In this document: positions 18,032 through 27,668 of the stretch, piece after piece
Position numbering within the stretch: position 1 is the first letter of the stretch
Layout of the letters: every line of letters starts with the position of its first letter
Origin: an uncultured bacterium
Lineage (GTDB): Bacteria > Omnitrophota > Omnitrophia > Omnitrophales > Aquincolibacteriaceae
Length of the DNA stretch: 64,000 nt
Assembly (NCBI GenBank): GCA_964434115.1
Contig: CAYSSX010000005.1
Location: forward strand, 31,063 to 95,062
Direction: 5' to 3'
The notes under the pieces: generated by a model
What the model saw: only the letters and a program-made list of their open reading frames with translations
The model's database searches: none
What the model was told of the DNA's origin: nothing
Program-made: the position numbers and the translations under genes

Positions 18032-21018
18032 AATCGCCGATATTAAACTCCCCATATAAAGAACCAGCGCTTCATTTCAAGTCTGACGAACGTGGTGTTA
18101 CAGAAGAAATCATTGAATCCCGCCGCCCCAGCAGTTTCTACATCCCTGTCCCAAGAGCTAAGACCAAAGAAAAACAGCTTGAGTTAAATGTTGCCGAAGG
18201 CGCTTTCGGAAGTGAGCTCCAAAAAGAAAATGAATTCATCAATAAAATTCGAGAAAAAGTATCCGAATGGCGTAAAGCCGGTTATCAAGGACTTACAAAA
18301 AATTCCAGAGACCTCTTAGCCTATTGGCAGGACGAAACGCGGGAGAATAAATTGTTCTTCTGCCAGATCGAGGCGATGGAGACCTTGATGTATCTGACAG
18401 AAGTGGCTGAAAAATCTGGTGAAGCTGGAACCATTAACCAGATCAAACAGGCAAACGAAGGTGCAAACCCTGGGCTTTTCCGTTTGGCGTTTAAAATGGC
18501 AACCGGATCGGGAAAGACAGTAGTGATGGCAATGATTATTGCTTATCACACTCTGAATAAAATTCGGTATCCAATGGACGCCCGTTTCACGGATGCTTTT
18601 GCGATTATTACCCCAGGCATTACCATTCGGGATCGCCTGAATGTCCTTCAACCCAATGATCCCAATAACTACTACCTCAAGCGGGACATTGTTTCTTATC
18701 AAGATTTTGAACTGCTCCAGCAAGCCGTTGTTCTGGTTACGAACTTTCATCAGCTAGAGTTGCGTCAGAACCCTAGGTTTCAGTTAGGCGCGGTCATAAA
18801 AGCCGCTGGGCTAATGAAGGAAGAAGCTGTCAAAGAAACCCCAAGCACAATGGTTAACCGGGCTTTCCGCAGCCTTCTGAGCAAACCCCGTGTCCTTGTT
18901 ATCAATGATGAAGCTCACCATTGCTATCGGGAGAAACCCGAAACCATCAAGCTGACGGGCGAAGACCGGAAAGAGGCGGATGAAAACAACGAAGCCGCCC
19001 GTGTGTGGATCAGCGGACTTGAAGCGCTTTCTCAAAAAATGAGCGTTAATGCGATTATTGATCTTTCTGCTACGCCGTATTTCCTTCGGGGATCGGGCTA
19101 TTCTGAGGGAACGATATTCCCCTGGGCTATTTTTGATTTTTCACTGCTGGATGCTTTGGAATGCGGCGTTGTAAAAATCCCTCGCCTGCCGATTGAAGCG
19201 GATAACATCACGCATGGCGATATTCCTGAGTTCAGAAATCTTTGGATTCATGTTCGGGATGATCTGCCAAAGAAGGGGTTAAAGACCGGCGGCAAAGATT
19301 ACATTTCCGCCCATGTGCTTCCAACGAAGCTGCAAGAAGCTTTGGAATCGCTCTACGGAAGCTACGAAAAGTATCACAAGGAATACGAAAAGCAAAAGAA
19401 GCAGAATCCAGCGGTGATGCCTCCTGTGATGATTGTGGTCTGCAACAATACAGCGGTTTCCGAGCTTGTTTATCATTGGATCGCAGGTTTTGACCGCGAA
19501 ACCGCAAGCGGTAAAATTAAGATTGAAAAAGGCAACCTCGAAATTTTCAGGAACGAGGATGGAGTCCGCTTTTTGGATCGTCCTAATACTCTTCTGATTG
19601 ACAGCGCACAGCTTGAAAGCGGCAAAAAAATAAATCCCGAATTTAAAAAGATCTTCGCCAAGGAAATTGAAGACTTCCACAAAGAATATCGCCGCCGTTT
19701 TCCCGGACGCACGGAACCGGAAGATGAAGAGCTTTTGCGTGAAGTCATGAACACTGTGGGAAAACCCGGCAAGCTCGGAGAAAACATCAAATGCGTGGTG
19801 TCGGTTTCCATGCTTACCGAAGGGTGGGACGTTAACTCTGTGACGCACATTCTCGGCATACGGGCATTTTCAACGCAATTGCTTTGCGAACAGGTTGTGG
19901 GTAGAGCGCTCCGCCGGGTGGATTATAACGTCGGCCCTGACGGGTTAATGACGCCAGAATATGCCGAGGTCTATGGAGTTCCCTTTAGTTTCCTTAAAGT
20001 TGAAGGCGGGACAACCCCGCAACCACCCAAAGTCATTCATCGTGTCCATGCCTTACCTGAGCGTGAGAAGTATGAGATCACCTTCCCGCGATTGGAAGGC
20101 TACCGCTATGAACTAAACGAGACGAAGTTAGCGGCTCATTTCACCGAAGAATCAAAAATTGTTATCGAAAATGAACCCACGGAAGTTACTTCTGACGGTG
20201 TTATCGGTGAAGAAACCACAGAACGCCTTGAAAAGATCAAAGAACGCCGTGAAGGTGAAGTGGTTATCCGCCTCACCCAGGGGCTTTTGAAGCGCTATTT
20301 TACGGACGGCTATGGATCAGAAAAGTATTGGCTCACGCCGCAGCTTCAGCGGATTGCTTCGGAATATGTCAAAAAACAAGTGATTCTGAAAGACCGCATG
20401 GTGATTGGATACCTGACGGTTGGAACCTACTTCACCGGTGCTTTGACTAAAATTCATCAATCGATTGTGGCTGAAAACTTGGCGCACCAGAAAGACAAGA
20501 AGGTTCTTCCTATTCTAGCCCCTTACGATCCGGTTGGATCAACCCGGTATGTTGATTTCTTGACGACGAAACCGGTTCAAGAAACTGTTAAGAGCCATCT
20601 GAATTACGTTGTCGCGGACACGGAAGAATGGGAGCAAGGCGTTGCAAAGAGACTTGAGCAAATGCCCGAAGTTTTGTCCTATGTCAAAAACCAAAATTTG
20701 GGATTTACAATTCCCTATGAGCATCAAGGTCATGGACACCATTACTGGCCGGACTTTATCGTTAAGATCGAGATGAAAGACAAAACCACCCTGAACCTGC
20801 TCGTTGAGGTCACTGGAAAAAAAGATGATCGCAAGGCCATGAAGATTCGCACAGCCCGTGATTTTTGGGTTCCAGCGGTCAATAATATTGAAAAGTTCAG
20901 AAAGTGGGCGCTCATTGAAATTCAAGACATTCATGAAACCCAAGGGCTCATTCGGGCTGGATTAGCCAAGGGATTCGATAATCTGACAAAGGAACTGCCA
21001 TGCCTCGATCAAAAGTAA
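18028..21018 (+). CDS. res: Type III restriction enzyme Res-like SF2 helicase-nuclease
   Basis: Motif I GSGKT, motif II DEAH (VINDEAHH), motif VI QVVGRALRR, and a C-terminal PD..E.K-like segment (WPDFIVK...LLVEVTGKK). An alternative GTG start lies at 17992. Confidence 0.7.
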   Translation: MKSPILNSPYKEPALHFKSDERGVTEEIIESRRPSSFYIPVPRAKTKEKQLELNVAEGAFGSELQKENEFINKIREKVSEWRKAGYQGLTKNSRDLLAYWQDETRENKLFFCQIEAMETLMYLTEVAEKSGEAGTINQIKQANEGANPGLFRLAFKMATGSGKTVVMAMIIAYHTLNKIRYPMDARFTDAFAIITPGITIRDRLNVLQPNDPNNYYLKRDIVSYQDFELLQQAVVLVTNFHQLELRQNPRFQLGAVIKAAGLMKEEAVKETPSTMVNRAFRSLLSKPRVLVINDEAHHCYREKPETIKLTGEDRKEADENNEAARVWISGLEALSQKMSVNAIIDLSATPYFLRGSGYSEGTIFPWAIFDFSLLDALECGVVKIPRLPIEADNITHGDIPEFRNLWIHVRDDLPKKGLKTGGKDYISAHVLPTKLQEALESLYGSYEKYHKEYEKQKKQNPAVMPPVMIVVCNNTAVSELVYHWIAGFDRETASGKIKIEKGNLEIFRNEDGVRFLDRPNTLLIDSAQLESGKKINPEFKKIFAKEIEDFHKEYRRRFPGRTEPEDEELLREVMNTVGKPGKLGENIKCVVSVSMLTEGWDVNSVTHILGIRAFSTQLLCEQVVGRALRRVDYNVGPDGLMTPEYAEVYGVPFSFLKVEGGTTPQPPKVIHRVHALPEREKYEITFPRLEGYRYELNETKLAAHFTEESKIVIENEPTEVTSDGVIGEETTERLEKIKERREGEVVIRLTQGLLKRYFTDGYGSEKYWLTPQLQRIASEYVKKQVILKDRMVIGYLTVGTYFTGALTKIHQSIVAENLAHQKDKKVLPILAPYDPVGSTRYVDFLTTKPVQETVKSHLNYVVADTEEWEQGVAKRLEQMPEVLSYVKNQNLGFTIPYEHQGHGHHYWPDFIVKIEMKDKTTLNLLVEVTGKKDDRKAMKIRTARDFWVPAVNNIEKFRKWALIEIQDIHETQGLIRAGLAKGFDNLTKELPCLDQK

Positions 21019-23471
21019 AATCTCCTACAAACGCTGCGCCGGTCGCATCGTATAAACACGAGAACAAGCGCGCTCGAATTCCCACTCAAGAGGAATCCGA
21101 AAAACTCAGCCCAAGGGACAAACAGCCCGTTAAAAAGCGCTATGACTATGATCCCTCCCTTGATCCACAGCTTATCTGGTCTGGGAAAAAAGAAGCTGGC
21201 GCTCAATTTGAAGTAGCAACTGTTCCCATTTACGTCCAGGAAAAAATTGCGCCCGAGGCCATCATTGCTCGCCTTAAAGCTGGGCATACTGAAAACACGC
21301 AGATGCTTCTCTTTGGAGAGACCGCGCACGAACAGTTTACAAAAGCGGTTGATTTTTATAAACACGAGGATAACTGGCAGAACCGCATGATTCTCGGCGA
21401 TAGCCTTCTTGTAATGAATAGCCTTTTGGAGAAAGAAGGCATGCGTGGCAAGGTGCAGACCATTTACATGGACCCACCGTATGGAATTAAGTTTGGCTCG
21501 AATTGGCAGGTTTCGACTCGTAAGCGTGAAGTTAAAGATAATAAGTTAACTGATTTTGTTCGCCAACCAGAGCAAGTAAAGGCGTTTCGAGATACTTGGG
21601 AACTTGGAATCCATTCTTATCTTTCGTATTTGAGGGATCGTCTACTTGTCTCACGAGAGCTTCTGACTGAAAGCGGCAGTTGTTTTGTTCAAATTAATAT
21701 CGAGAATGTTCATATAGTGCGGAACTTAATGGAAGAAATTTTTGGCGCAAGAAATTTTGTGAGCATGATAAGTTTCTATAAAACAAGCGGTTTTTCTGGG
21801 AAGCATCTCGATTCTGTTTCAGACTATTTAATTTGGTATGCCAAAGATATCGATCATCTAAAATATCGTCAGTTATACACTCCAAAGGAACCTCCAGTTA
21901 ATGATGCGAATTTTCGGTTTGTCCTTTTGGCTGACGGAACGGTAAGAAAAATGACAGACGAAGAAAGGCAAGCCCCTCTTTCAATTCCATCAGGCGCTCG
22001 CATTTTTAGATATGATAATTTAACTTCTGATGGCGCTAGCGCAGACCCACAAGAATTTTTATTCAAAGGGAAAAAGTATCTTCCTGGATCGGGATTACAT
22101 TGGAAAACAACGATTGATGGATTAAAACGTCTTTCAGTTCTGGGTCGTATAGAGAAAGTTGGTGCCCAGTTGGCTTATGTTCGTTTTTGGGACGATTTTC
22201 CATTCACGCCTCGTGTAAATAGCTGGGATGATACGGCCACGGGAGGTTTTGGGGATGAAAAATACTATGTGGTGCAGACTACGGTCAAAACCATAGCTCG
22301 TTGTGTTTTAATGACAACAGACCCCGGTGATTTAGTGCTTGATCCAACCTGCGGTTCAGGCACAACAGCTTACGTTGCTGAACAATGGGGAAGACGTTGG
22401 ATAACTACGGACACATCTCGGGTTGCATTGGCGTTAGCGCGAACTCGCCTCATGACAGCTAAATACCCATTTTATAAGTTAAAGGAAGTGAAAAATCTTC
22501 GAGAAGGTTTTGAATGCAACGGGATTCCTCATATCACACTAAAATCCCTCGCTAAAAACGAAGAACCAGATCAGGAGATTATGTATGATCAGCCAGTGGA
22601 AGAAAAAAATATCGTTCGAGTAGCAGGCCCATTTACCGTGGAATCTTTATCTCCACATAGAATTTCTGATGCGCAGGAAATGGTTTCCTCGGAACGATTT
22701 ATAGAAACGATTGTTTCTAACTTACTCAAGGCGGGCGTTCAAACCGGCGAAAAAGGTGCTCGTGTCGAGTTTGTAAACCTTGATATTCTTCCGGGCGGCC
22801 CGGAAATTCAAGCCGCCGGTGAATACAAAACCGAGAATGGTCTAAAAAAGGTAGCCGTTTCAATCGGCCCCGAGTTTGGTAGCGTTGACGATGATTTTAT
22901 TAAAGACGCGGCCAAGATCGCCAAGAAGTTTGCCGATTTGCTTGTGGTGGCCGCAACATCATTCGATGCGTCTGCATTTTCCGTTCCTGCGGACATGAAC
23001 GGATTGCGGATTATGCGCGTTAAAATCAACCCCGATCTCTCGATGGGAGACCTTCTCAAGAAAACGGGTTCGGGCAATCTATTTTTGGCTTTTGGAGAAC
23101 CCGAAGTCAAAGTTAAGGAAACAAAAGAAGGTGTTGTTGTTGAAGTCGTCGGCGTGGATGTCTACGACCCGGTGAAGAGCGAAATTCGTTCCAGCGGATC
23201 AGGTGACCCCGAACACGACATTGCAGCCTGGTTCATCGATACCAATTACAACGGAGAAGCTTTCTTCGTCACGCACGCATATTTTTTGGGCGCAGATAAG
23301 CCCTACGAAAAATTAAAGAAGGCGTTGAAGGCAGATATTAATGAAGCCGCGTGGGATGAACTTTACTCTATTGTCTCCCGCCCCTTCCCTAAGCCCAAAA
23401 CCGGCAAGATTGCGATCAAAGTCATCAATCACTACGGCGACGAAGTGATGAAGATTGTGGATATTTCATAA
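21000..23471 (+). CDS. mod: beta-class N6-adenine/N4-cytosine DNA methyltransferase (Type III Mod-like)
   Basis: Motif IV DPPY (IYMDPPYG) lies about 300 aa before motif I (LDPTCGSGTT). This is the beta permutation, with the target-recognition domain between the two motifs. A further C-terminal extension of about 370 aa follows motif I. Confidence 0.75.
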   Translation: MPRSKVKSPTNAAPVASYKHENKRARIPTQEESEKLSPRDKQPVKKRYDYDPSLDPQLIWSGKKEAGAQFEVATVPIYVQEKIAPEAIIARLKAGHTENTQMLLFGETAHEQFTKAVDFYKHEDNWQNRMILGDSLLVMNSLLEKEGMRGKVQTIYMDPPYGIKFGSNWQVSTRKREVKDNKLTDFVRQPEQVKAFRDTWELGIHSYLSYLRDRLLVSRELLTESGSCFVQINIENVHIVRNLMEEIFGARNFVSMISFYKTSGFSGKHLDSVSDYLIWYAKDIDHLKYRQLYTPKEPPVNDANFRFVLLADGTVRKMTDEERQAPLSIPSGARIFRYDNLTSDGASADPQEFLFKGKKYLPGSGLHWKTTIDGLKRLSVLGRIEKVGAQLAYVRFWDDFPFTPRVNSWDDTATGGFGDEKYYVVQTTVKTIARCVLMTTDPGDLVLDPTCGSGTTAYVAEQWGRRWITTDTSRVALALARTRLMTAKYPFYKLKEVKNLREGFECNGIPHITLKSLAKNEEPDQEIMYDQPVEEKNIVRVAGPFTVESLSPHRISDAQEMVSSERFIETIVSNLLKAGVQTGEKGARVEFVNLDILPGGPEIQAAGEYKTENGLKKVAVSIGPEFGSVDDDFIKDAAKIAKKFADLLVVAATSFDASAFSVPADMNGLRIMRVKINPDLSMGDLLKKTGSGNLFLAFGEPEVKVKETKEGVVVEVVGVDVYDPVKSEIRSSGSGDPEHDIAAWFIDTNYNGEAFFVTHAYFLGADKPYEKLKKALKADINEAAWDELYSIVSRPFPKPKTGKIAIKVINHYGDEVMKIVDIS

Positions 23472-23502
23472 ATATCGCTCTTAATAACATGGCAGAGGAG
23501 AG

Positions 23503-24768
23503 TTGAGATTGAGCACTCATGATCCAAGAAAAGTAGTTGAAGATTTACGCAACCATCTTGCCGCCCACGACAAACCCTTAATATTTCTTTTTGGCGCAGG
23601 AACGTCTAGTTCGATCAATATAGCTCCTCCACCTCCCGCTGGCACAAAACGAGACTATAAGCCGCTTGTGCCAGCTATTAAAATTTTGACCGACCGCTGT
23701 AAAGCCGCCGTGAAAAATTTAGGCGATGCTTTTGAAAAAGCTTGGGGTATTTTGGAATCAGAATGCAGCGATTGCAAAAGGCCGATCAACATTGAGAATA
23801 TTTTATCGAGAGTTCATTTTAAAATTGATGCGATAGGTAAAAGCGAAAAATTGCTTGGCCTTGAGAAGGCCGATCTTGAAAAATTAGAGACAACGATATT
23901 AAAAACAATCGCTGGGGCTGTTAGCCCCAAAGCAACTGACATACCTAGCAATATACCGCATGATGACTTTGCCACATGGATTAAGCGTGCAGCGAGAACC
24001 GCCCCTTTGGAAATTTTTACAACCAATTATGACATCCTGATTGAAAAATCGCTAGAAGCAGCGCACATTCCGGTATTCGATGGGTTTGTTGGTTCAAGTG
24101 AACCGTTTTTTTATGCTGATAGCTTGGATCGACCTGAAATCATTCCTCCATCTGGTTGGGTTCGTCTTTGGAAGATTCACGGATCGATTAATTGGAAAAT
24201 CGTAAAAAATAATCTGGATCAAAAAATCGTCCGGCATTCTGAACCGGTGCCGTCAGGAGAAATGATTCTTCCATCTCATAGGAAATATGATGAGTCGCGG
24301 AAGCAACCATACCTTGCATTATTAGACAGGTTATCCAACGTTATGAATCGTGAGCATGCTCTCTTAATTACATGCGGATATAGCTTTGGCGATGACCATA
24401 TTAACGCGATTATTTTCAATAATCTCGACAACAGACCAACAACCCATGTTATTTCGCTTCAATACGAAGATTTATCAGTGAATGGAACGATTGTGGAGTG
24501 GGCCAAAAAAAGATCCAATTTCACAATTCTAGGCCCCAATTCAGGGGTTATTTCAGGCCGATTCGGAACCTGGAGATTGATTCAGCCCGTGGATGATAAA
24601 AGCAGCTCTTTTATGGATTTTGCTTTTGACAGTAAAGCTTCTATGGAAGCTGGAACGTCAGCTGCTACGCCAACGGTTTCCGCAGACCATTTCTCAGGCG
24701 CTCTCCGATTGGGCGATTTCAATTGGCTTTGCAAATTTCTGAACACAATGGGACGAAAGACCGAGTGA
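23503..24768 (+). CDS. SIR2-family (SIR2_2) NAD+-dependent effector, as in the SIR2-HerA defence system
   Basis: Motifs GAGTS (LIFLFGAGTSS), TTNYD, and the catalytic-His motif KIHGS. TTG start. Confidence 0.7.
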   Translation: MRLSTHDPRKVVEDLRNHLAAHDKPLIFLFGAGTSSSINIAPPPPAGTKRDYKPLVPAIKILTDRCKAAVKNLGDAFEKAWGILESECSDCKRPINIENILSRVHFKIDAIGKSEKLLGLEKADLEKLETTILKTIAGAVSPKATDIPSNIPHDDFATWIKRAARTAPLEIFTTNYDILIEKSLEAAHIPVFDGFVGSSEPFFYADSLDRPEIIPPSGWVRLWKIHGSINWKIVKNNLDQKIVRHSEPVPSGEMILPSHRKYDESRKQPYLALLDRLSNVMNREHALLITCGYSFGDDHINAIIFNNLDNRPTTHVISLQYEDLSVNGTIVEWAKKRSNFTILGPNSGVISGRFGTWRLIQPVDDKSSSFMDFAFDSKASMEAGTSAATPTVSADHFSGALRLGDFNWLCKFLNTMGRKTE

Positions 24769-24772
24769 GTTA

Positions 24773-26563
24773 ATGGCTGGAAAGAACCCCACTTTAATTG
24801 GCCACGTTGATTCTGTAAATGGTGGCGTCGTTACAGTCCAACTTCTTGACCATATGCCCACCCTTGTTATGGTTAAGGGCCAGTCATATCGAATTGGCCA
24901 AATAGGCGCATTCGTTCGTATTCCTTTGGGCTACACACAGCTTTACGCTGTCTGCACCTTGGTAGGAGCTGCTGCTGCCCCTCAGAAAGATTCCCCTTTG
25001 CCCAATCACGGTCACAGATGGATTTCTGTCACTCTTTTTGGAGAATCAGTCGGAGATTCATTTGAAAGAGGCGTTAGCCAATATCCGACAATTCAGGATG
25101 AAGTTCATATTGTTACGCCTGATGATGTCAAAATAATTTATGGTTCAACCCTCCATGATAAAGCTATTACTGTTGGTCACATTGCTGCATCATCAGGAAT
25201 CGAAGGCAGATTAGATTTGGCAAGACTGGTTGCGCGCCATTCTGCTATTGTTGGTTCAACCGGATCGGGAAAATCAAACTTCGTTGCGGTGCTCTTAGAG
25301 GCTCTAGCTACGCAAGGGCTTAGCGCTTCTCGTGTTCTAGTCATAGATCCGCACGGAGAATATGCATCTTCCGTTGGCAAATACGGCTACACTTTTCGTG
25401 TAAATCCAGACAGGGCTAAGGGAGAAAAACCACTTCATGTCCCGTTCTGGGCTTTACCGTTCGATGAGCTTCGAGATATTGCATTAGGAGAAATGCAACC
25501 CGCAAGTGATTCGGCAATTAGGGATGAGATTAAGGAAAGAAAAAAAACCACGGCATTAACGCTGACCCCCAGGCCACCGGAGACCGCAATCACGGCAGAC
25601 TCACCTATACCATTTAATATCAGAAAGCTTTGGTTTGATTTTGATGATTTCGAGCGACAGACGTTCAATCAAAACCAAGGAAAAGATTTGTGCACGCCTA
25701 CCACGCGAGGTGACGCTGAAAAGCTTATATCCAATATTTATCCTAAAATTGGATTGGGCAGCACGGCGCCATTCGCAAATCCAAGCCCGAGAAGAATAAT
25801 GAAGCAATTGGAACTTCTCAAAAGCCGATTGCAAGATACCAGATTTAACTTTTTGTTTAATCCCGGGCCCGATTACACTCCAAACGCTGATGGCAAAACA
25901 TTAAAAGACCTTGATGCGCTTGTTCAAACTTGGATCGGTCATGACAAGCCCATAACGGTTCTGGACGTATCAGGAATGCCTTCAGAAATATTGTCTACGG
26001 TTGTGGGCACGATGTTGCGAATCGTTTACGACATTCTGTTTTGGGCAGCCGACCTTCCGGTTGGCGGGCGTAAGCAACCTTTGCTGATTGTTTTGGAAGA
26101 AGCGCATCTTTTTTTACCTGAAGGAAAAGACAGCCCAGCACATAGAACTGTCACAAAAATAGCTAAAGAAGGGCGTAAATACGGAGTGGGATTGAGCATT
26201 GTTACGCAACGTCCTACGGAAGTAGAGAGCACAACTTTGAGTCAGTGTGGAACTGTTATTGCGCTAAGGATTACAAATCCAAAAGATCGTGAAAAAGTCG
26301 CTTCGGCTATGCCTGATGATTTAGGTGCATTAGCAGGTATGTTGCCCTCATTGAGGACTGGTGAGGGCTTAGTTATTGGGGAAGCCATGCCGATCCCTTC
26401 ACGTATTCAATTTTATCGAGCAAACAACAAGCCCGTTGGAGGTGATCCGGATGTAATGGCGGCTTGGACTGCGCCTCGGCCGGACGGAAAGGACTATAAA
26501 AAGGCGCTTGAAAATTGGCGCCGGCAATCAACATTCAAAACAGGAGAAACAGAAAATGGTTGA
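24773..26563 (+). CDS. HerA-like ATPase (FtsK/HerA superfamily), partner of SIR2
   Basis: Walker A IVGSTGSGKSN, Walker B LLIVLEEAHLF. 596 aa, with a 4-nt gap after the SIR2 gene. Confidence 0.75.
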   Translation: MAGKNPTLIGHVDSVNGGVVTVQLLDHMPTLVMVKGQSYRIGQIGAFVRIPLGYTQLYAVCTLVGAAAAPQKDSPLPNHGHRWISVTLFGESVGDSFERGVSQYPTIQDEVHIVTPDDVKIIYGSTLHDKAITVGHIAASSGIEGRLDLARLVARHSAIVGSTGSGKSNFVAVLLEALATQGLSASRVLVIDPHGEYASSVGKYGYTFRVNPDRAKGEKPLHVPFWALPFDELRDIALGEMQPASDSAIRDEIKERKKTTALTLTPRPPETAITADSPIPFNIRKLWFDFDDFERQTFNQNQGKDLCTPTTRGDAEKLISNIYPKIGLGSTAPFANPSPRRIMKQLELLKSRLQDTRFNFLFNPGPDYTPNADGKTLKDLDALVQTWIGHDKPITVLDVSGMPSEILSTVVGTMLRIVYDILFWAADLPVGGRKQPLLIVLEEAHLFLPEGKDSPAHRTVTKIAKEGRKYGVGLSIVTQRPTEVESTTLSQCGTVIALRITNPKDREKVASAMPDDLGALAGMLPSLRTGEGLVIGEAMPIPSRIQFYRANNKPVGGDPDVMAAWTAPRPDGKDYKKALENWRRQSTFKTGETENG

Positions 26564-26768
26564 TATGCATTTTGTGGATTCATCTAATATCGAGGCCATA
26601 GGCTACGATCCAGCTTCGCAGGAACTGCACGTTCGCTTTTTGTCGGGAACAGAATATGTTTATCATGGTGTGCCACAGGAGGTTTATGACGAGTTGATGG
26701 CGGCTCCCTCAAAAGGAAGTTTTTTGAATAGAGCGGTTAAATCTAATTATCAATACTCTCAGAAGTGA
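26556..26768 (+). CDS. KTSC-domain protein
   Basis: SSNIEAIGYDPASQELHVRF.SG.EYVYHGVPQEVYDEL resembles the KTSC (lysyl-tRNA synthetase C-terminal-like) domain. Its ATG overlaps the HerA stop. Confidence 0.55.
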   Translation: MVDMHFVDSSNIEAIGYDPASQELHVRFLSGTEYVYHGVPQEVYDELMAAPSKGSFLNRAVKSNYQYSQK

Positions 26769-26774
26769 TGAAGA

Positions 26775-27542
26775 ATGTCTCAATATTATAATGGAAAGCG
26801 ATCACGTAATTTATTCGCACCAAAAAGCACGGAGCCTTTTAAATTAAGCCGTACAAAAGTCGATCTGTTTCTGTCATGCCCGAGATGTTTTTATCTTGAC
26901 CGCCGTTTGGGTGTAGGTCAGCCTCCGGGATTCCCATTTAGCCTTAATTCCGCAGTAGACACGCTTCTAAAAAAAGAATTTGATGCATATAGGGTGCGTC
27001 AAGAAACGCATCCTTTAATGAAAACATATGGGATTAACGCTGTCCCATTCCGGCATGAAAAAATTGAGGAATGGCGCGACGCCTTGCGAAGAGGGATTTC
27101 TTATTTGCATAAGCCGACAAACTTTATTGTGACCGGCGCAGTTGATGATGTCTGGATAACTCCGAACGGAGATTTGTTAATTGTTGATTATAAGAGCACC
27201 TCCAAAAAGGAGGCCGTTAGTTTGGATGCCGAGTGGCAAATATCTTACAAGAGGCAAATGGAATTTTATCAGTGGCTATTCCGAAGAAATGAATTCAAAG
27301 TTTGGCCTACCGGTTACTTTGTCTATTGCAACGGTTTAACTGATAAAGACAGTTTTGATAAGAAGCTTGAGTTTGACGTTAAAATTATTCCTTACGAGGG
27401 CAATGATAGCTGGGTAGAACCTGCACTGCTTGATGCACGCAAGTGTTTAGATGCGGATCAGATCCCCCAACCGCACTCCGATTGTGATTATTGCAGATAT
27501 TTTGCTTTGGTGAAAGACGCAGAAACGCAAAACAAAGCATAG
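26775..27542 (+). CDS. Cys-cluster PD-(D/E)XK nuclease (Cas4/RecB-family-like)
   Basis: N-terminal CPRC pair, GAVDD and IVDYK core motifs, QxxxY-like EFYQW, and C-terminal CDYC pair. Starts 6 nt after the KTSC gene stop. Confidence 0.6.
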   Translation: MSQYYNGKRSRNLFAPKSTEPFKLSRTKVDLFLSCPRCFYLDRRLGVGQPPGFPFSLNSAVDTLLKKEFDAYRVRQETHPLMKTYGINAVPFRHEKIEEWRDALRRGISYLHKPTNFIVTGAVDDVWITPNGDLLIVDYKSTSKKEAVSLDAEWQISYKRQMEFYQWLFRRNEFKVWPTGYFVYCNGLTDKDSFDKKLEFDVKIIPYEGNDSWVEPALLDARKCLDADQIPQPHSDCDYCRYFALVKDAETQNKA

Positions 27543-27668
27543 TAATCTGGGAATAAATTTCCGCCATTGTTGTTCCGCTGCCACCTTAAGAGCATTTTTG
27601 AATGAGAATTTTCTTTGAAAAAAGTTCATTTAATAATACAATTGCTCAATTACAAGACTGATAAGAAT

